Below, piece after piece: positions 56,701 to 64,000 of a stretch of DNA of 64,000 nt. The translations under genes and the position numbers were made by a program. Within the stretch, counting starts at the first letter, position 1; every line of letters begins with the position of its first letter. The stretch is from the NCBI RefSeq assembly GCF_009914755.1, contig NC_060941.1. One strand, written 5' to 3'. The notes under the pieces were generated by a model, which saw only the letters and a list, made by a program, of their open reading frames with translations, did not search any database and was not told where the DNA came from. The stretch is from the human T2T-CHM13v2.0 reference genome, Homo sapiens.

Positions 56701-58991
56701 CTCAAAACCTTCTTCGTGATGTTTCCATTCAACTCACAGTGTTGAACCTTTCTTTGATAGTTCAGGTTTGAAACGGTCTTTCTGTGGAAACTGCAAGTAG
56801 ATATTTTGACCTCTCTGAGGATTTCGTTGGAAACAGGATAAACCGCACAGAACTAAAACAGAAGCATTCTCAGAACCCTCTTCGTGATGTTTACATTCAA
56901 CTCACAGTGCTGAACCTTTCTTTGATAGTTCAGCTTTGAAACACTCTTTTTGTAGAAACTGCAAGTGGATATTTGGTGCTCTCTGAGGATTTCGTTGGAA
57001 ACGGGATAAACCGCACAGAACTAAACAGAAGCATTCTCAGAACCTTCTTCGTGATGTCTGCATTCAACTCACAGTGTGGAACCTTTCTTTGATAGTTCAG
57101 GTTTGAAACACTCTTTTTGTGGAAACTGCAAGGGGATAATAGCACTTCTTTGAGGCCTACCGTAGTAAAGGAAATAACTTCTTATAAAAAGAAGACAGAA
57201 GCTTTCTCAGAAAATTCTTTGGGATGATTGAGTTGAACTCACAGAGCTGAACATTCCTTGCGATGGAGCAGTTTAGAAACACACTTTCTGCAGAATCTGC
57301 AAGTGCATATTTGGACCTCTCTGAGGAATTCGTTGGAAACGGGATAATTTCAGCTGACTAAACAGAAGCAGTCTCAGAATCTTCTTTGTGATGTTTGCAT
57401 TCAAATCCCAGAGTTGAACTTTCCTTTCAAAGTTCACGTTTGAAACACTCTTTTTGCAGGATCTACAAGTGGATATTTGGACCACTCTGTGTCCTTCGTT
57501 CGAAACGGGTATATCTTCACATGACATCTAGACAGAAGCATTCTCAGAAGCTTCTCTGTGATGACTGCATTCAACTCACGGAGTTGAACACTCCTTTTGA
57601 GAGCGCAGTTTTGAAACTCTCTTTCTGTGGCATCTGCAAGGGGACATGTAGACCTCTTTGAAGATTTCGTTGGAAACGGAATCGTCTTCACATAAAAACT
57701 ATACAGATGCATTCTCAGGAACTTTTTGGTGATGTTTGTATTCAACTCCCAGAGTTGAACTTTCCTTAGAAAAGAGCAGCTATGAAACACTCTTTTTCTA
57801 GAATCTGCAAGTGGACGTTTGGAGGGCTTTGTGGTTTGTGGTGGAAAAGGAAATATCTTCACCTAAATACTAGATAGAAGCATTCTCAGAAACTGCTTTG
57901 TGATGATTGCATTCACCTCACAGAGTTGACCATTCCTATTGATAGAGCAGTTTGGAAACACTCTTGTTGTGGAATGTGCAAGTGCAGATTTGGAGCGCTT
58001 TGAGGCCTATGGTAGTAAAGGGAATAGCTTCATAGAAAATCTAGACAGAAGCATTCTCAGAAAATACTTTGTGATGATTGAGTTTAACTCACAGAGCTGA
58101 ACATTCCTTTGGATGGAGCAGGTTTGAGACACACTTTTTGTAGAATCTACAAGCGGATATTTGGACCTCTCTGAGGATTTCGTTGGAAACGGGATAACTG
58201 CACCTAACTAAACGGAAGCATTCTCAGAAACTTCTTGGTGATGTTTGCATTCAAATCCCAGAGTTGAACCTTCCTTTGATAGTTCAGGTTTGAAACACTC
58301 TTTTTGTAGGATCTGCAAGTGGATATTTGGACCACTCTGTGGCCTTCGTTCGAAACGGGTACATCTTCGCATAAAATCTAGACAGAAGCCTTCTCAGAAA
58401 CCTCTCTGTGATGATTGCATTCAACTCACAGAGTTGAACCCTCCTATGGATAGAGCAGTGTTGAAACTCTCTTTTTGTGGAATCTGCAAGTGGATATGTG
58501 GACCTCTCCGAAGATGTCTTTGGAAACGGGAATATCTTCACATAAAAACTAAACAGAAGCATTCTCAGAAAGTTCTCTGTGATGTTTGTGTTCAACTCCC
58601 AGAGTGTCACATTGTTTCTCATAGAGTAGTTCTGAAACATGCTTTCCGTAGTGTCTGCAAGGGGACATTTGGAGCACTTTCAGGCCTGTGGTGGAAAACG
58701 AATTATGGTCACATAAAAACTGGAGAGAAGCATTGTCAGAAACTTCTTTGTGATGATTGCATTCAACTCACAGAGTTGAAGGTTGCTTTTCAAACAGCAG
58801 TTTCCAAACACTCTTTCTGTGGAATCTGCAAGTAGATATTTGGACCTCTTTGAAGATTTCGTTGGAAACGGGAGAATCTTCACAGAAAAGCTAAACAGAA
58901 GCATTCTCAGAAACTTCTTTGTGATGCTTGCATTCAACTCACAGAGTTGAACTTTCCTTTCGAGAGAGAAGCTTTGAAACACTCTTTTTTC
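48466..58991 (+). repeat. Tandem duplication of a 5,263-bp (15-mer + 16-mer) unit
   Basis: Variants shared only by these two copies: TTGGTCCTC ~50186/55449, CTTCTTATA ~51919/57182, AATCGTCTT 52421/57684, GAAAATCTA 52777/58040, CAAGTAGAT 53571/58834. Confidence 0.85.
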
Positions 58992-61900
58992 AGAATCTGC
59001 AAGTGGACATTTGGAGGGCTTTGAGGCCTGTGGTGGAAAAGGAATTATCTTCCCGTAAAAGCTAGATAGAAGCATTCTCAGAAACTACTTTGTGATGATT
59101 GCATTCAAGTCACAGAGCTGAACATTCCCTTTGACAGAGCAGTTTGGAAACTCTCTTTGTTTAGAATCTGCAAGTGGAGATATGGAATGCTTTGAGGCCT
59201 ATGGTAGTAAAGGAAATAGCTTCATATAAAAGCTAGACAGTAGCATTCACAGAAAACTCTTGGTGACGACTGAGTTTAACTCACAGAGCTGGACATTCCT
59301 TTGGATGGAGCAGTTTCGAAACACACTATTTGTAGAATCTGCAAGTGGATATTTGGGCCTCTCTGAGGATTTCGTTGGAAACGGGATAAACCGCACAGAA
59401 CTAAAACAGAAGCATTCTCAGAACCCTCTTCGTGATGTTTGCATTCAACTCACAGTGCTGAAACTTTCTTTGATAGTTCAGCTTTGAAACACTCTTTTTG
59501 TAGAAACTGCAAGTGGATATTTGGTCCTCTCTGAGGATTTCGTTGGAAACGGGATAAACCACACAGAACTAAACAGAAGCATTCTCAGAACCTTCTTCGT
59601 GATGTCTGCATTCAACTCACAGTGTGGAACCTTTCTTTGATAGTTCAGGTTTGAAACACTCTTTTTGTAGAAACTGCAAGGGGATAATTGCACTTCTTTG
59701 AGGCCTACCGTAGTAAAGGAAATAACTTCCTATAAAAAGAAGACAGAAGCTTTCTCACAAAATTCTTTGGGATATTTGAGTTGAACTCACAGAGCTGAAC
59801 ATTTCTTGCGATGGAGCAGTTTAGAAACACACTTTCTGCAGAATCTGCAATTGCATATTTGGACCTCTCTGAGGAATTCGTTGGAAACGGGATAATTTCA
59901 GCTGACTAAACAGAAGCAGTCTCAGAATCTTCTTTGTGATGTTTGCATTCAAATCCCAGAGTTGAACTTTCCTTTCAAAGTTCACGTTTGAAACACTCTT
60001 TTTGCAGGATCTACAAGTGGATATTTGGACCACTCTGTGTCCTTCGTTCGAAACGGGTATATCTTCACATGACATCTAGACTGAAGCATTCTCAGAAGCT
60101 TCTCTGTGATGACTGCATTCAACTCACGGAGTTGAACACTCCTTTTGAGAGCGCAGTTTTGAAACTCTGTTTCTGTGGCATCTGCAAGGGGACATGTAGA
60201 CCTCTTTGAAGATTTCGTTGGAAACGGAATCATCTTCACATAAAAACTATACAGATGCATTCTCAGGAACTTTTTGGTGATGTTTGTATTCAACTCCCAG
60301 AGTTGAACTTTCCTTTGGAAAGAGCAGCTATGAAACACGCTTTTTCTAGAATCTGCAAGTGGACGTTTGGAGGGCTTTGTGGTTTGTGGTGGAAAAGGAA
60401 ATATCTTCACCTAAATACTAGATAGAAGCATTCTCAGAAACTGCTTTGTGATGATTGCATTCACCTCACAGAGTTGACCATTCCTATTGATAGAGCAGTT
60501 TGGAAACACTCTTGTTGTGGAATGTGCAAGTGGAGATTTGGAGCGCTTTGAGGCCTATGGTAGTAAAGGGAATAGCTTCATAGAAAAACTAGACAGAAGC
60601 ATTCTCAGAAAATACTTTGTGATGATTGAGTTTAACTCACAGAGCTGAACATTCCTTTGGATGGAGCAGGTTCGAGACACACTTTTTGTAGAATCCACAA
60701 GTGGATATTTGGACCTCTCTGAGGATTTCGTTGGAAACGGGATAACTGCACCGAACTAAACGGAAGCATTCTCAGAAACTTCTTGGTGATGTTTGCATTC
60801 ACATCGCAGAGTTGATCCTTCCTTTGATAGTTCAGGTTTGAAACACTCTTTTTGTAGGATCTGCAAGTGGATATTTGGACCACTCTGTGGCCTTCGTTCG
60901 AAACGGGTACATCTTCGCATAAAATCTAGACAGAAGCCTTCTCAGAAACTTCTCTGTGATGATTGCATTCAACTCACAGAGTTGAACCCTCCTATGGATA
61001 GAGCAGTGTTGAAACTCTCTTTTTGTGGAATCTGCAAGTGGATATGTGGACCTCTCCGAAGATGTCTTTGGAAACGGGAATATCTTCACATAAAAACTAC
61101 ACAGAAGCATTCTCAGAAACTTCTCTGTGATGTTTGTGTTCAACTCCCAGAGTGTCACATTGCTTTTCATAGAGTAGTTCTGAAACGTGCTTTTCGTAGT
61201 GTCTGCAAGTGGACATTTGGAGCGCTTTCAGGCCTGTGGTGGAAAACGAATTATGGTCACATAAAAACTGGAGAGAAGCATTGTCAGAAACTTCTTTGTG
61301 ATGATTGCATTCAACTCACAGAGTTGAAGGTTCCTTTTCAAACAGCAGATTCCAATCACTCTTTCTGTGGAATCTGCAAGTGGATATTTGGACCTCTTTG
61401 AAGATTTCGTTGGAAACGGGAGAATCTTCACAGAAAAGTTAAACAGAAGCATTCTCAGAAACTTCTTTGTGATGCTTGCATTCAACTCACAGAGTTGAAC
61501 TTTCCTTTCGAGAGAGAAGCTTTGAAACACTCTTTTTCCAGAATCTGCAAGTGGACATTTGGAGGGCTTTGAGGCCTGTGGTGGAAAAGGAATTATCTTC
61601 CCGTAAAAGCTAGATAGAAGCATTCTCAGAAACTACTTTGTGATGATTGCATTCAAGTCACAGAGTTGAACATTCCCTTTGACAGAGCAGTTTGGAAACT
61701 CTCTTTGTGTAGAATCTGCAAGTGGAGATATGGACCGCTTTGAGGCCTATGGTAATAAAGGAAATAGCTTCATATAAAAGCTAGACAGTAGCATTCACAG
61801 AAAACTCTTGGTGACGACTGAGTTTAACTCACAGAGCTGAACATTCCTTTGGAGGGAGCAGTTTCGAAACACACTATTTATAGAATGTGCAAGTGGATAT

Positions 61901-64000
61901 TTGGGCCTCTCTGAGGATTTCGTTGGAAACGGGATAAATGGCAAAGAAATAAACAGAAGTATTCTCAAAACCTTCTTCGTGATGTTTGCATTCAACTCAC
62001 AGTGTTGAACCTTTCTTTGATAGTTCAGGTTTGAAACGGTCTTTCTGTGGAAACTGCAAGTAGATATTTTGACCTCTCTGAGGATTTCGTTGGAAACAGG
62101 ATAAACCGCACAGAACTAAAACAGAAGCATTCTCAGAACCCTCTTCGTGATGTTTACATTCAACTCACAGTGCTGAACCTTTCTTTGATAGTTCAGCTTT
62201 GAAACACTCTTTTTGTAGAAACTGCAAGTGGATATTTGGTGCTCTCTGAGGATTTCGTTGGAAACGGGATAAACCGCACAGAACTAAACAGAAGCATTCT
62301 CAGAACCTTCTTCGTGATGTCTGCATTCAACTCACAGTGTGGAACCTTTCTTTGATAGTTCAGGTTTGAAACACTCTTTTTGTGGAAACTGCAAGGGGAT
62401 AATTGCACTTCTTTGAGGCCTACCGTAGTAAAGGAAATAACTTCCTATAAAAAGAAGACAGAAGCTTTCTCAGAAAATTCTTTGGGATGATTGAGTTGAA
62501 CTCACAGAGCTGAACATTCCTTGCGATGGAGCAGTTTAGAAACACACTTTCTGCAGAATCTGCAAGTGCATATTTGGACCTCTCTGAGGAATTCGTTGGA
62601 AACGGGATAATTTCAGCTGACTAAACAGAAGCAGTCTCAGAATCTTCTTTGTGATGTTTGCATTCAAATCCCAGAGTTGAACTTTCCTTTCAAAGTTCAC
62701 GTTTGAAACACTCTTTTTGCAGGATCTACAAGTGGATATTTGGACCACTCTGTGTCCTTCGTTCGAAACGGGTATATCTTCACATGACATCTAGACAGAA
62801 GCATTCTCAGAAGCTTCTCTGTGATGACTGCATTCAACTCACGGAGTTGAACACTCCTTTTGAGAGCGCAGTTTTGAAACTCTCTTTCTGTGGCATCTGC
62901 AAGGGGACATGTAGACCTCTTTGAAGATTTCGTTGGAAACGGAATCATCTTCACATAAAAACTATACAGATGCATTCTCAGGAACTTTTTGGTGATGTTT
63001 GTATTCAACTCCCAGAGTTGAACTTTCCTTTGGAAAGAGCAGCTATGAAACACTCTTTTTCTAGAATCTGCAAGTGGACGTTTGGAGGGCTTTGTGGTTT
63101 GTGGTGGAAAAGGAAATATCTTCACCTAAATACTAGATAGAAGCATTCTCAGAAACTGCTTTGTGATGATTGCATTCACCTCACAGAGTTGACCATTCCT
63201 ATTGATAGAGCAGTTTGGAAACACTCTTGTTGTGGAATGTGCAAGTGGAGATTTGGAGCGCTTTGAGGCCTATGGTAGTAAAGGGAATAGCATCATAGAA
63301 AAACTAGACAGAAGCATTCTCAGAAAATACTTTGTGATGATTGAGTTTAACTCACAGAGCTGAACATTCCTTTGGATGGAGCAGGTTTGAGACACACTTT
63401 TTGTAGAATCTACAAGTGGATATTTGGACCTCTCTGAGGATTTCGTTGGAAACGGGATAACTGCACCTAACTAAACGGAAGCATTCTCAGAAACTTCTTG
63501 GTGATGTTTGCATTCAAATCCCAGAGTTGAACCTTCCTTTGATAGTTCAGGTTTGAAACACTCTTTTTGTAGGATCTGCAAGTGGATATTTGGACCACTC
63601 TGTGGCCTTCGTTCGAAACGGGTACATCTTCGCATAAAATCTAGACAGAAGCCTTCTCAGAAACTTCTCTGTGATGATTGCATTCAACTCACAGAGTTGA
63701 ACCGTCCTATGGATAGAGCAGTGTTGAAACTCTCTTTTTGTGGAATCTGCAAGTGGATATGTGGACCTCTCCGAAGATGTCTTTGGAAACGGGACTATCT
63801 TCACATAAAAACTAAACAGAAGCATTCTCAGAAACTTCTCTGTGATGTTTGTGTTCAACTCCCAGAGTGTCACATTGCTTCTCATAGAGTAGTTCTGAAA
63901 CATGCTTTTCGTAGTGTCTGCAAGGGGACATTTGGAGCGCTTTCAGGCCTGTGGTGGAAAACGAATTATGGTCACATAAAAACTGGAGAGAAGCATTGTC

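Larger units (their letters stand above)
17690..64000 (+). repeat. D17Z1: Alpha-satellite HOR array, D17Z1-like (right of L1 insertion)
   Basis: HOR anchors at 19157, 21704, 24419, 26967, 29682, 32397, 34945, 37493, 40041, 42589, 45136, 47851, 50399, 53114, 55662, 58377, 60925, 63640. Monomer counts from 19157: 15,16,15,16,16,15,15,15,15,15,16,15,16,15,16,15,16. Same orientation as the left part; the interrupted monomer resumes exactly after the TSD. Confidence 0.9.

Overview
Human centromeric alpha-satellite DNA with no cellular genes. The array is head-to-tail in one orientation and best matches chromosome 17 D17Z1 (SF3 pentamer-derived): 22 complete higher-order repeats (HORs), nine 16-mers of 2715 bp and thirteen 15-mers of 2547/2548 bp, with one conserved EcoRI site per HOR and CENP-B boxes. 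One full-length L1HS element of the Ta-1nd subfamily is inserted on the minus strand (about 11623-17689) with a 14-15 bp target-site duplication. Its ORF1 is open. Its ORF2 keeps full length and frame but has two GAA>TAA stops. An 11-bp 5'UTR deletion frameshifts ORF0, and the poly(A) tail holds a 9-nt insert that looks like a micro 3' transduction. The L1 appears heavily mutated for so young a subfamily. The array shows nested duplications: an 11-kb block repeated 23,432 bp away, a 5,263-bp tandem duplication forming a 15+16-mer super-repeat, two independent 15-mer deletions and an atypical 16-mer. All satellite ORFs are spurious. I found no convincing new protein-coding system. All comparisons were made by eye, and L1 consensus comparisons are from memory.
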